DNA of 64,000 nucleotides from Enterobacter phage EC-F2. The position numbers were made by a program, and so were the translations under genes. The stretch lies in sequence record MN508624.2; one strand, given 5' to 3'. How positions within the stretch are numbered: the first letter of the stretch is position 1; each line of letters begins with the position of its first letter. The notes under the pieces are model-generated. The model did not search any database. It was given only the letters and a program-made list of their open reading frames with translations, and was not told the DNA's origin. This document shows, one piece after another, positions 1-10,400 of the stretch.

Positions 1-1
1 A

Positions 2-193
2 CTGCTGGATTGTTCTCACCTGCTGGGACGAATTTACGTAGATGGTAAGCTGGTGACGAAACCAGGTGATCTGGAAAAATTCTTGCGTAAGGCGCGGGAA
101 ACTACCCTGAAAGAGACCGAAAAACGTTACGATACTGCAACCGCCAATCTACAGCGTTTGTCTGGTGAACTGAAAGTTCTACGGGGTGAATGA
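2..193 (+). CDS. 3' end of an upstream gene (partial), hypothetical protein
   Basis: Open frame from window edge to TGA at 191-193; ATGA overlap with next gene start at 190 (typical phage translational coupling). Confidence 0.4.
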   Translation: MLDCSHLLGRIYVDGKLVTKPGDLEKFLRKARETTLKETEKRYDTATANLQRLSGELKVLRGE

Positions 194-432
194 TGTTTCC
201 ATTAAAGGCGCGGGTACGCAACAAAACCGGAACACAAGAATGGATGGAGTGTTTACGCGAAACTAAACACTACTACATTTCACAGGCTGTAGGCTATGAC
301 GGAAAGAACATCCGTTATAACAAAGTAGGTGGTAAGCGTGTGGGGATGGAACAATATCTCCAATTAGAAACCGTCCGGCCTGTGAATGTTCCTTTCGATC
401 TGAAACTACCAAACGGAAAGCCAACGATATGA
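190..432 (+). CDS. hypothetical protein (80 aa)
   Basis: ORF in operon-like tight spacing, overlaps neighbours by 4 nt. Confidence 0.4.
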   Translation: MMFPLKARVRNKTGTQEWMECLRETKHYYISQAVGYDGKNIRYNKVGGKRVGMEQYLQLETVRPVNVPFDLKLPNGKPTI

Positions 433-929
433 TCGGGAAAATCCTTGATACTCTGTTCCCCTCCCGTGTACGTGCGCGGGTAGAACGGGAAAACCGACTC
501 GAAGAAATCCGGTTCAATAAGTTCCTTGAGGACAAGAAGAAGCGCGAAGACGAGAAACACCCAAACGCGGTAATGGCTGAGGGTGTATCGAAATGCTCTG
601 TTGGGCGGTTCTGGGTTGAAAAGGATTATCTTGATCTGATAGGTGCAATTGCCCCTGGTGTTACGCTGGAGGACTTCTCCCGCGCTACTGGTCGTTCGTA
701 TACTGGTTGTATCAACCGCTTGCGTATGCTCTCTATAGTGGTGCGTAGTGCTCATTTCGGCTATCGTGACGTTATCCGTCCGGTGATCCCAGTAAGCAGA
801 TTAAAATTTTACATGGTGGGTGGAAAAAGACTTGACTTGACCAACGAACTATGTAAAATCGGTTATATCAGAGAGGGGAAAGTTGTTAAAGCCCCTGAAT
901 GGTTCACCAATCAATTTGAAATAAAATAA
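429..929 (+). CDS. hypothetical protein (166 aa)
   Basis: ORF, 4-nt overlap with upstream ORF; no recognisable motif. Confidence 0.45.
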   Translation: MIGKILDTLFPSRVRARVERENRLEEIRFNKFLEDKKKREDEKHPNAVMAEGVSKCSVGRFWVEKDYLDLIGAIAPGVTLEDFSRATGRSYTGCINRLRMLSIVVRSAHFGYRDVIRPVIPVSRLKFYMVGGKRLDLTNELCKIGYIREGKVVKAPEWFTNQFEIK

Positions 930-938
930 GGTAAAATT

Positions 939-1535
939 ATGTTCAAGAAAATCGTAGCATTTGTGACTGGTAAAGTTGAAACTGCAATTGAACAAAACAC
1001 TTCCCCAGAAGAAGCCTGGCGCAGTGCTGCACGTATCCTGATCAAAGAGATCGACCGTCTGCAACATACTCGCGTTTCTGCTGTTCAGGAAATCGTGAAG
1101 TTGAAAAAGAAAGTCAAAGAACACAAAGACCTTCACACTGGCAAAGAGTCGGAGATCAAAAAACTGCTGGCAGCGGGGCAGGAAGTGTCCAACAGTCATT
1201 ACGTGCTGGCGCTGCAACACCGTAACATCTGGCAGGGCTTGCAGACGAAGATCGAAGAACTGGAAGGGATGAACAAAGAGATCGATCTCTCTGTCGTCGA
1301 ACTGGATCGCAAACTGGCTGATGTCAAAATCAACCTGGAGATCATCGAACTGAACAAGCAAACCGAAAGTCTGGGTCTGACTGTACCGGAAGACGTGATC
1401 GCCGCTGTAGGCCACACCTCCGTAAGCGTCGATACCATCGTGACGAAGATTGATGTGTTGCTGGGTGGCAAAAATGCCGCTTCTGTAACCTCCGCTGACG
1501 TTAGCGCTTACATCGACTCCCTGAACGCGAAATAA
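939..1535 (+). CDS. PspA/IM30-like coiled-coil protein (phage-shock-protein-A family, putative)
   Basis: 198 aa, N-terminal amphipathic helix MFKKIVAFVTGKVETAIEQN then SPEEAWRSAARILIKEIDRL...heptad coiled coil; pattern matches PspA N-terminus ([17 protein letters not shown]...); followed by terminator at 1536-1561. Confidence 0.5.
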   Translation: MFKKIVAFVTGKVETAIEQNTSPEEAWRSAARILIKEIDRLQHTRVSAVQEIVKLKKKVKEHKDLHTGKESEIKKLLAAGQEVSNSHYVLALQHRNIWQGLQTKIEELEGMNKEIDLSVVELDRKLADVKINLEIIELNKQTESLGLTVPEDVIAAVGHTSVSVDTIVTKIDVLLGGKNAASVTSADVSAYIDSLNAK

Positions 1536-1561
1536 GAGGAAGGGGCGAAAGCCCCTTTTTT
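1536..1561 (+). terminator. rho-independent terminator (GGGGCGAAAGCCCC + T-run)
   Basis: aaggggcgaaagcccctttttt. Confidence 0.7.
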
Positions 1562-1564
1562 GCT

Positions 1565-2512
1565 ATGTACGATTACACTATTGAACGTGATCGCGGTGAA
1601 GAATGGTTGATTTCTCGTGCGAGAAACTTCTATGTTAAACTTCCTAAAAACTTTCATACTTTACCGAATGATGATACTGATCGCTTATTGAGGATTCTTG
1701 TGGATGGGAATGTTCCACAGCGCGTTTTTCAGGAAATGGTTGATCATGCGTGTTCTGAATGGGATAAAAAGTATTGCGAAGAACTGACGCATGATAGTAT
1801 AGTAAACAGCAACCTAAAAGACGCTTACGAACGAAGAAGTGTGTACGACATTTACGAAAAAGAGAGGAAAGAAATGATGTTCGAAGACGGCGGTAGTGCA
1901 TTCAAACCAGCACGTAAAACGTATCCAGACTGGCGCAAACAGTACGCAGAACAGTTATGGCACATTGACATTCCCGAAGCGCTCATGAAAGCGATTAGCC
2001 CTGCTGTTGACTACTATTCAGGCTGGAAAGATGAATATGAGTTAGAAGTCGGTTCGTTTAAGGCACACGTCATCAAAGCGACCAGAATTCTTGATTTCGT
2101 TGAAGCTGTTGCGTCATGTGATATCGTTGAAGATATTCGTATTCCGTCAATCAACGTTTCTCGGTATAGTTCTCCGGGTAACATTCGCGGGGATCGTTAT
2201 GCGAACCTGGCAAGCACTACGGATAAGCTGAACTTCCATAAAATCAATGAAAAAGGATTTGATGGTTGTGTTCTGATTTCAATGGTAGTCGCAACAACAC
2301 AAGGCGAATACAAGCTGATCATTGATTGTGACAAAGCGGCTCGTGCAATTCCCACAATCAAACAATGCTTTGGTGAAGATTTCAAAGTATTGATGAAAGC
2401 CCGTGCGATGGAAAAGTTCATCCATTCGTGCAAAAAGAACGTGCTGGAGAAGTATGATCCGGCGCTCACATACACCAAAATTGATAAAGATCTGGTAGGT
2501 GATTTATGCTGA
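1565..2512 (+). CDS. hypothetical protein (315 aa)
   Basis: Long ORF, no recognised motif. Confidence 0.5.
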   Translation: MYDYTIERDRGEEWLISRARNFYVKLPKNFHTLPNDDTDRLLRILVDGNVPQRVFQEMVDHACSEWDKKYCEELTHDSIVNSNLKDAYERRSVYDIYEKERKEMMFEDGGSAFKPARKTYPDWRKQYAEQLWHIDIPEALMKAISPAVDYYSGWKDEYELEVGSFKAHVIKATRILDFVEAVASCDIVEDIRIPSINVSRYSSPGNIRGDRYANLASTTDKLNFHKINEKGFDGCVLISMVVATTQGEYKLIIDCDKAARAIPTIKQCFGEDFKVLMKARAMEKFIHSCKKNVLEKYDPALTYTKIDKDLVGDLC

Positions 2513-2790
2513 TTAACAAAGCGCAGTGCAAAGCGATTAACTTTCTGCTGCACGAACTGATTGAAAACGGTATCAGATTTGAATTCGTTGATCCGATTAA
2601 CGGTGATGATCGTCATCTGCTCCGCTGGGTGTCTGGTAGCAATCCGCTGGATTCAGTCTCCCAGGTTGTAGAGTCTGCGCATAACAATATGCCTTGTCGT
2701 GTTCTGTTGGGTAGCGTTAACGCCTCAACATGGAATGGATCTGATGCTTATTATGTCGGATTCAAAAAAGAGTTGACGGAAGACGAATGA
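2506..2790 (+). CDS. hypothetical protein (94 aa)
   Basis: ORF overlapping upstream stop. Confidence 0.4.
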   Translation: MLINKAQCKAINFLLHELIENGIRFEFVDPINGDDRHLLRWVSGSNPLDSVSQVVESAHNNMPCRVLLGSVNASTWNGSDAYYVGFKKELTEDE

Positions 2791-2792
2791 TG

Positions 2793-2801
2793 TTATAATA
2801 T
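2793..2801 (+). promoter_or_regulatory. extended -10 promoter TGTTATAAT followed by conserved leader GTAGACAACAAAC
   Basis: tgttataat then cccctgtagacaacaaactatagggg 34 nt before ATG at 2836. Confidence 0.4.
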
Positions 2802-2835
2802 GCCCCTGTAGACAACAAACTATAGGGGCTAAATC

Positions 2836-3030
2836 ATGAAAATCAAAAATACTGCTACTGAAAATCTTTGCAACGAAATCGCGGTGACTTACTGGAAAGA
2901 AGGTCACGTAAAAGCAATGAAGGATTTTCAACAGTGGTGTGATACCCAGAAGTTAGCCAACTGGGAATACGCCGTAATCGTGGAACGGATCAAAGAACTG
3001 ATCCTTGAGAAGAAAGGCACTATAAAATGA
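2836..3030 (+). CDS. hypothetical protein (64 aa)
   Basis: ORF with promoter-like element upstream. Confidence 0.4.
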   Translation: MKIKNTATENLCNEIAVTYWKEGHVKAMKDFQQWCDTQKLANWEYAVIVERIKELILEKKGTIK

Positions 3031-3088
3031 TTCAACTGAAATTAGACACCCAAGCGCTGAACAACCTGTTCCCAGAGGCGAAAGGCTG

Positions 3089-3580
3089 ATGAACTTTGAC
3101 CGCATCTATAACATGGATGTGGTTAACGGTAAAGGAATCCGTGTAGTGTTGTTCGTGACTGGCTGCAATCATAAATGCGAAGGTTGCTACAACAAATCAA
3201 CATGGAATCCCCGCAACGGTACACCATACACCGAAGAGACTGAAAACGAGTTGATTAAACTCCTTTCAAATCCCCATGTGGACGGGTTGACGCTTACAGG
3301 CGGCGATCCGTTTTACCGCACCAATCATCCAACGCTCTTAAAACTGCTCCAGCGCGTCCGTGCGACGTTCCCTGATAAAGATGTGTGGGTTTGGACGGGT
3401 TACACCCTCGAAGCCTTACAGAGCGATACAGAACGTTCTAAGCTATTACCATTCATTGATGTTCTAATCGATGGACGGTACGAAAAGGATCTACCGACTA
3501 AGAAACCGTTTCGCGGTTCGGATAATCAGCGAATGATTGAGTTCAAAAAGAATTCGATAGAAATTAAAAATATCGCTTGA
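3089..3580 (+). CDS. nrdG: anaerobic ribonucleotide reductase activating protein (radical SAM)
   Basis: VTGCNHKCEGCYN cysteine cluster near N-terminus, 163 aa like T4 NrdG (156 aa), GGDP motif. Confidence 0.8.
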   Translation: MNFDRIYNMDVVNGKGIRVVLFVTGCNHKCEGCYNKSTWNPRNGTPYTEETENELIKLLSNPHVDGLTLTGGDPFYRTNHPTLLKLLQRVRATFPDKDVWVWTGYTLEALQSDTERSKLLPFIDVLIDGRYEKDLPTKKPFRGSDNQRMIEFKKNSIEIKNIA

Positions 3581-3645
3581 CCTGGTTTGTGGTTCTGTTA
3601 AGATATCCACGTAGCATAAATTTAACCCAATTGAGAGATAATATA

Positions 3646-4605
3646 ATGATCCTGAATTTCAAAACCCGTAAAGAAGCCCGTGACTATTGCTGGAAGTGGT
3701 CAATTCCGCTGAAAAATATCAACAAACAATCCGCTGGTTCACATCCGTGGACGGTGAGAACAAAAGAAACCCGCTTCGTAAGCGGTAAAGATTATAAACT
3801 GATTGATGTCGAAGGTTTCACCGATAACGACAAAAACGTTGCTAACCGCATCCAGGCACAACAGATCAACAAATTCATGAACGGTGTTGTAAACATCACA
3901 ATGCGTGATGGTGATCGTTACACCTTCAATGCTCCGGCAGGTGTCGCTATGAACACCCTTCGTGCGTGGGAAGCGAAATACTTCACAGAAGTTGTTCCTG
4001 GTAAAGAGCCAGCGCCAAAACGCGCTAAAAAGCCAAAACCAGTAGGCAAACCGTCTGCGGTTCCTGCACCAGCGAAACCAGATCTGGATTCAGAACTTGA
4101 CGGTGGCGTTAACCTCGCTCCGGCAGTAACCGAACCTCCTGTTGCTAAACCTGCTGCACCACAGCCAGCAACCGTAGAAGCGATGCCTGGTTGTTTTGTT
4201 GCCGACCGTCCGTATGTTCTGGTAGATGAAGCTGGTTTCCTGCGCTCTCATACCGCAAACAAACGCATTGTACAGCACATCAAAAACAACAATGGTGTTC
4301 TGGTGTTTTCGAATGTTGACGGTGACGGTGACGCGACTATCACGCAAGAACGTACTCTCCCGTATATCATGCATCGTGAGCGTAAATTCTTCCGTGAACT
4401 GGGTACTGGTAAAGCTCCAGCAAACACTCCAGCGGTTCAGACCGTTGATATTGCCAAACAGCAACGCGACAAAGAGATCATCGAAGCTGCACAGGCGGTA
4501 GAAGACGCACTGGCAGAACACCAGAAAGCGATCGAAGTTGTTGCGCAGAAAGCTCGCGCAGTTCGTGAAGCCGCCGCAAAACTTGCATTGCTGGCAAGTA
4601 AGTAA
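3646..4605 (+). CDS. hypothetical protein with Pro/Ala-rich linker and C-terminal coiled coil
   Basis: Start chosen at ATG 3646 (RBS gagag 8 nt upstream; the ORF-track start 3577 lacks RBS); PAPKRAKKPKPVGKPSAVPAPAKP low-complexity linker. Confidence 0.5.
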   Translation: MILNFKTRKEARDYCWKWSIPLKNINKQSAGSHPWTVRTKETRFVSGKDYKLIDVEGFTDNDKNVANRIQAQQINKFMNGVVNITMRDGDRYTFNAPAGVAMNTLRAWEAKYFTEVVPGKEPAPKRAKKPKPVGKPSAVPAPAKPDLDSELDGGVNLAPAVTEPPVAKPAAPQPATVEAMPGCFVADRPYVLVDEAGFLRSHTANKRIVQHIKNNNGVLVFSNVDGDGDATITQERTLPYIMHRERKFFRELGTGKAPANTPAVQTVDIAKQQRDKEIIEAAQAVEDALAEHQKAIEVVAQKARAVREAAAKLALLASK

Positions 4606-4610
4606 TATAA

Positions 4611-4640
4611 TTCGGGGGTGCTTACGGCATCCCCTTTTTT
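4611..4640 (+). terminator. rho-independent terminator
   Basis: ggggtgcttacggcatcccctttttt. Confidence 0.7.
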
Positions 4641-4653
4641 ATTTGAGGTAATC

Positions 4654-5388
4654 ATGGAATTATTCGCTGGAAAAACTTACGGTTTAACCGTATCCCCTGA
4701 AATCTTTGCAGAGAAAACCTGGAAAACAGGTATCGCAAACATCATTCGTGAAAAAGGTTACGTGACGATTGATCGCACCTCGATCGGTGAGTTCGAAGAC
4801 CGCGCGTTTATCATGGACGGTGGTTACGAATATGAACTCCCTGCATCACTATGGAAATGGTTCAAGGAAGTAACGCCGGAAAATGGTGAATTCACCTCAG
4901 AAGAACCAGAAGAAGTTAATCTGGGTAAAGGTGTAGAGGCTGAAAACGTTATGCATATCGCTACGCCGGAAGAGGTTTCCGCTGGTGTCACTGGTTCGGA
5001 TCTGTGCCTGATGGATATCCCTAAATTCACGTATCGCCCTGTACAGGAAAATCCTTTGCGTGATCTCCGCATCGATCCATCATTCGGGGCTAACCTGGAA
5101 ACGTTGAGCATCGCACCGATGCCAGTACGTAAATCCGATGCAATGCTTCGTTTCGCCTTGCAACATGTTTTCAGTGGTGGTAGCATCTATCAAATCAACA
5201 TGGAATCTGAACTGAAAATGCAGGAAGACCAGATTGCAAACCTGTTCGATCTGCACACTCAGTTAACCGCTGTTGAAAATATCGAAAAACTGTTAGGCAA
5301 AGAGAAAAAGCGTATTTTGCAGGATCTCAAACCATACGGGAAGAAGAATGAAAGTCGAAATATACGGAATCCCCGAAAGTCTTCATAA
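4654..5388 (+). CDS. hypothetical protein (244 aa)
   Basis: Start at ATG 4654 with RBS gaggtaa; follows terminator. Confidence 0.5.
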   Translation: MELFAGKTYGLTVSPEIFAEKTWKTGIANIIREKGYVTIDRTSIGEFEDRAFIMDGGYEYELPASLWKWFKEVTPENGEFTSEEPEEVNLGKGVEAENVMHIATPEEVSAGVTGSDLCLMDIPKFTYRPVQENPLRDLRIDPSFGANLETLSIAPMPVRKSDAMLRFALQHVFSGGSIYQINMESELKMQEDQIANLFDLHTQLTAVENIEKLLGKEKKRILQDLKPYGKKNESRNIRNPRKSS

Positions 5389-5626
5389 CTGTTACGGGTG
5401 TATACAAGCACAAAAGCTGTTGACAGAAAAAGGGATAGAATATACATTTTATCCCGTTCTGAAAGAAGCGAAAAACGATCTGGGCTTTGAATACGATCGC
5501 CCACGTATCGAAGAGTTAGCAAAACGGGTAAGGCAACGTAGTTTAGCGTTTCAATACCCGCGTATTTTTGTCGATAACAAACTTATCGGCGGTTATCTGC
5601 AATTGAAACAACTTATTGGTGATTAA
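5348..5626 (+). CDS. glutaredoxin/NrdH-like redoxin
   Basis: MKVEIYG...CYGC active-site CxxC near N-terminus, 92 aa, thioredoxin-fold size; compare T4 NrdC/NrdH. Confidence 0.6.
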   Translation: MKVEIYGIPESLHNCYGCIQAQKLLTEKGIEYTFYPVLKEAKNDLGFEYDRPRIEELAKRVRQRSLAFQYPRIFVDNKLIGGYLQLKQLIGD

Positions 5627-5965
5627 ATGAGCCGTGAAATTTTACTCCCTGCTGCAAATGCTGTTCATGCTGAAACAATGGAATACATGGAGAAATTCGT
5701 TGAACGCGATAACACCGCGATCATCACTCCTACTCACCTGGACGCGCTCGAAGATCGTCTTCATAAGCAGATTAAAGATCAATTCCCTGAAAAGGTTAGC
5801 CGCAACTTCATTCGTCAGGAAATCGTTGCAATGATGCTGAAACATTACGGCGTTGAAATCTTCGGTGTCGAACCACTGAAACCGAAGAAAGCACGTCAAA
5901 TGCCTAAACAGATCACCGACGAAGCAATCAAGAAATACCAGAAGAAATACGCTAAGAATAAATGA
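5627..5965 (+). CDS. hypothetical protein (112 aa)
   Basis: ORF immediately after redoxin gene. Confidence 0.45.
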   Translation: MSREILLPAANAVHAETMEYMEKFVERDNTAIITPTHLDALEDRLHKQIKDQFPEKVSRNFIRQEIVAMMLKHYGVEIFGVEPLKPKKARQMPKQITDEAIKKYQKKYAKNK

Positions 5966-7389
5966 TCTTTAATACGATTGAATGTGTTCCGTCAAGCGGT
6001 AAAACAAAGGCGATTCTGAACCATATCAATCAAACGGGCGAAAAAGCAATCATCGCTTCGATTTCCATGATGTTATCAAAACAGTCTTATGACTACTACA
6101 TCAACCAGGTAAAAGGGAAACGAGCGGTGATTGTGGACACGGATCACCGAACCAAAAGAACCAATAATGATGCGCTGCGTGAGGTTGTCAAAGATTATGA
6201 TGTGATCTTTATCACTCATGCAGCACTCAAAAACATTGATGACTTTGATTTGTATAAGGATTTTTCCCTGTATATTGACGAAGTTCCTGATTTGGTTGCG
6301 TTCGAAAGTCTGCGATTTAATAGCAATATCAAGCACATACGCGAGATTTGCTTGCCGTTTAGTTGCAATGCCGATGATATCGTTGATTTAAAACTTGACG
6401 AAGAAAAACGAGAACTGGTTACACGATTAGCCTATGATGGTCTTCGTAAACGTGATGATATCGCAATGAAGATGTTCCCGCTTTACCGTGCTCTGTTAGG
6501 GGCTATTCCGGTGAAGATGCAATGTAGCGATTCGGGATATGTCTGTTACTTCGTAGAGGATCATGACGTAAGCCAGTGGAAGTTCAAAAATGTAACCATT
6601 GCTTCATCCAACATCAAAGACACAATTACAGGGAAGATCCTGCAAACGTTTCATGATGTGGAGTTCAAAGATTCATCGCTTCAAAAGCTGGTTGACTTTA
6701 AGCAATACAAAAACACTGGGCGCATACATATACATGTGCTCGCAGAGGGGGATTATTCGCGTTATACGGGCGATCTCTCTCAATCTGGGACGACAGTATA
6801 CACCCAGATTAAAAAACGCGTGGAGGCGCTTCTAGGGGGCGAACAGTTCATCTACTGCACCAACACGTATCGATCGAAGTTTAGCGAGGGGCAAGAAATT
6901 CCGTATAACTCGCACGGATTGAACTTCTATTCGAGCTATACTAACGTGGTAGCATTATTCAGTTACAACCCGTTACCCTGGCTTCGTCAAATGTTGCGAG
7001 CGGTTGCGGTGTCCTCTGGACTCGAAGAGGAAGAATTAGTTGATGCTTATGTTGTCAGTAAATATTACGAACCAGCCTTTCAGTTATGCGCTCGTTCTGA
7101 TATCCGACACAACAACAGCAAACGAAAGATTAATTTATTTGTGCCTGATATGCGGTTAGCGAAATACATGAAGGAAAAATATTTTCCTGATGCCATTATC
7201 GAAACCACAGAAGCAGTTCAAACGAAAAGGCAACGCAAATCATTTCAAACCCTTTTCCAAATGACGGACAAAGAGAAAAACGCTTTTACGCCATACAAGA
7301 AAAGAAACAAATTAGATTATGCGAATCCTCTTCATCACGCGATTGTTAAAGATTGGCTGAACAATTACCGTGAGAAAAAGGCGACTTGA
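5962..7389 (+). CDS. P-loop NTPase (Walker A SSGKT, Walker B-like YIDEV), function unknown
   Basis: 475 aa; ECVPSSGKTKAIL Walker A, LYIDEVPD Walker B-like. Confidence 0.5.
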   Translation: MIFNTIECVPSSGKTKAILNHINQTGEKAIIASISMMLSKQSYDYYINQVKGKRAVIVDTDHRTKRTNNDALREVVKDYDVIFITHAALKNIDDFDLYKDFSLYIDEVPDLVAFESLRFNSNIKHIREICLPFSCNADDIVDLKLDEEKRELVTRLAYDGLRKRDDIAMKMFPLYRALLGAIPVKMQCSDSGYVCYFVEDHDVSQWKFKNVTIASSNIKDTITGKILQTFHDVEFKDSSLQKLVDFKQYKNTGRIHIHVLAEGDYSRYTGDLSQSGTTVYTQIKKRVEALLGGEQFIYCTNTYRSKFSEGQEIPYNSHGLNFYSSYTNVVALFSYNPLPWLRQMLRAVAVSSGLEEEELVDAYVVSKYYEPAFQLCARSDIRHNNSKRKINLFVPDMRLAKYMKEKYFPDAIIETTEAVQTKRQRKSFQTLFQMTDKEKNAFTPYKKRNKLDYANPLHHAIVKDWLNNYREKKAT

Positions 7390-7407
7390 TGGTCGCCTTT
7401 TTTGTTT
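7378..7407 (+). terminator. rho-independent terminator
   Basis: aggcgacttgatggtcgccttttttg overlapping the stop of the ATPase gene. Confidence 0.7.
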
Positions 7408-7414
7408 ATAAATA
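7407..7414 (+). promoter_or_regulatory. T4-type late promoter TATAAATA
   Basis: Exact TATAAATA 33 nt upstream of gp34 ATG. Confidence 0.7.
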
Positions 7415-7446
7415 TCAGTATTGAATAAGATAAAGGAAAAACGATA

Positions 7447-10400
7447 ATGGTAGCTAAATCATTCCGCGCCACAAGTGGCCTTGATGCTGCTGGCGAAAAA
7501 GTTATCAACGTTGGTAAAGCATCGCGCTCCGTGTTGAGTGACGGCGTGAACGTTGACTTTTTTAACGAATTTAACACCGTACAACAGTACGATTCAACCC
7601 GTGGCTATGCTGCTTTCATGGCTATCATTTACGCGCGTCGTATCTGGTACGCTCGCGCTGATATCGCATCACCTGCGGGGGCTTTCGATGAAACAAAGTG
7701 GATCGCAACACGTAATGATCCAAAATGGGTATATAACAACGTAACCAATCCAGACGGCTTGCCTGTTGAGTCTGGTACGTACATGATGTGTGATGGGCGA
7801 TTCTCTGAACTATCGTACATTCTGCCAGATTCCCCGATTGAAGGTGATATTGTAACCTTTAAAGACGGTGGCGGTCTTGCTGGTGTCAACAGCATTCTGG
7901 TACGTTCAAACACTCGTCAGATCCGTCTGCGTGATATTCAGTCAAGCTCTTACCGACTGACTCACCCATATATGACCGTAGCGTTTATCTTCAACGGTAA
8001 CTTATGGCGTGTAGCGGAAATGCGTGATAACCGCGATTCTCAGTTTGTAAACGCAACTGGTTTGCTTCCTTTCCAAATGCAAGCGGGTATGGTAACATTC
8101 CGTAACAGCGGTACAGGTAAAATCACCCTCCAGTTGCCGAAGTATGCAAACGATGGTGATTCAATCACAACCTACGATCTGGATCGTCTTGCTTCGGTGA
8201 ACGTTGCGACTCTGCAAGTTTATCCCGGTAGCGGACACACGATCAGTTATGACGGTATCAATAACGTACCCTCTGTGACTTCACAGCGTTCCGGTTATGG
8301 TATTTTCATGTTCGATCAGGCTAATAACCGTTGGGTTGTTTATGACGGTGATCAGCGCGTTCGTCTGCGTCGTATCAGTGATGACCTGAACATGTTGCCG
8401 AACGATTACGTGTTCATCACTCCGATTGCTGTCAACCCACCAACTGTACGTAATGTAACGCTGACTCTTCCGCAAGATGTTGCAGAAGGTGATCGCGTAT
8501 ATATCAGTATGTACATGATGGGGAAAACGCAGAACTGTACAATCAAAGTTAAAGATGGTTCCGGTGAAAAGATCCGCACCAATAAAAACATGATGCAGTT
8601 CCCACAGCGTAAGGATTATCCGCCTGATGACTGGTTCAGTGTTGACTCTCTGACTTTCAACGCCGATACTGACTATCTTCCATATATGGAACTGTCATAT
8701 CTGAAAGCTACGAAAGAATGGGTAGTTGCACAGTATCGCCCGATCATTGAACGTGTCGATCCAACAAACCGTTCTCGTCTGGGTGTTATCGCACTGGCTA
8801 CACAGGCAGAAGTAAACAAAAACTGGGAAGATTTGCCGTCTGATGAACTGGCAGTAACCCCGCGCACATTGGCGAATAAAACCGCTACTGAAACGCGTCG
8901 TGGTATCGCTCGCCTGGCAACAACTGCGGAAGTTAACCAGAACACGACAGCAACCTTCCTTGATGACGTGATCGTGACGCCTAAAAAGCTGAACGAACGA
9001 TCAGCAACAGAAGATCGTCGTGGGGTGCTGGAAATCGCAACTCAGGCAGAAACAAACGCTGGTACTGATGACACTACCGCAATCACGCCTAAAAAGCTCG
9101 ACACACGCCGCGCGACCGAAACCCTAGCAGGTATCGGAAAACTCGTTACAACGGGGGCTACGACAGCGGAGGGGGCTTTACGTGGGGATGCTGGTACGAA
9201 CGTCTACAACTTCAATAACGGTGTTGATCTGATCACTCCGAAATCATTGAACGAGAAGACGGCGACCGAAAAGTCAAAAGGTCTGGTTGTTCTGGCGACT
9301 GAAAACGAAGTGGTGACTGGTGCTGCTGCGGGATCTGCTTCAATGCCGATCGTAGTAACTCCTGAAATGTTGCATCGCAAAACGTCTACTGAAACGCGTA
9401 TCGGATTGATTGAGATCGCAACCCAGACAGAAACGAACACGGGAACCGATGATCTTCGTGCGGTAACGCCTAAGAAGCTGAACGATCGCAAGGCTACTGA
9501 ATCGCTTGATGGTATTATTGCCCTCGCTACTACTGCGGAAGTTGCAGCAGGCACAGTGACGAATAAGGCAGTGGTTCCGGTTAAGCTGAAAGAGTTCTTC
9601 GACGTTACGAGTCATGTTGCGGTTGCAACTGCTGATGGTTTAACTCAGTCCGGTACTATCTGGACAACGATTAACCTGGGGATTGCGTCTGCTACTGAAA
9701 CACAGCGCGGTACTCTGCGCGTAGCGACTCAGGGTGAAACTGATGCGGGTACTCTGGATAACGTGGTTATCACGCCTAAGAAGCTGCAAGCGAAGAAAGC
9801 GACTGATACCGCCGAAGGTATTATTCGTTGTGCGACTAACGCGGAAGCGGGTGCTGGTACTGCTACTAACCTGGCAATTACTCCGGCTACCATGCAGTTC
9901 TTGAACGGTACTGATCCGGCATGGGGTGCAACGACAACTCGACGCGGTGCGGTGTTCATCACTACCAAATCGAATACGTTCATCGGTGATAATCTGGTTG
10001 GTTCTACTCAGCCCGTAGATAGCTATCTGGAAGATTTCTACGCTGTATCGCCTCGCGGTCTGAACTTTGCTCTACAAAACTTCTTACCGTTGAACGCAAC
10101 AGCACAGAACAGCCTGAAACTGGGCGGTGTGGTAGCTGCAAGCTGGATGCGTCGTGATGCAGATCAAACCGTAACGGGCAACAACACGTTCAACGGTACA
10201 AGCAACTTCGTTGGTAACGTAACCACTAACGGGACTCTGACGGCTAACGCTGCGGTAACTGTTAACAACACCGTAACCACGAACAATAACATTAACCAGT
10301 CTGCGAAAGCAAACACGGTTTATGCTAATACTGTTTTGAGTACAGCAACCGCTGGAACTAAAAACTTGCTTCGTACTTTCCGTGGTGGCGTGACGGATAC

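Noticed and set aside
8755-9910. Regular about 90-nt periodic repeats that could superficially resemble a repeat array
   Set aside because: Repeats are in-frame coding repeats of gp34 (tail-fibre repeat units), not a CRISPR-like repeat-spacer array; no conserved direct DNA repeat with unique spacers.
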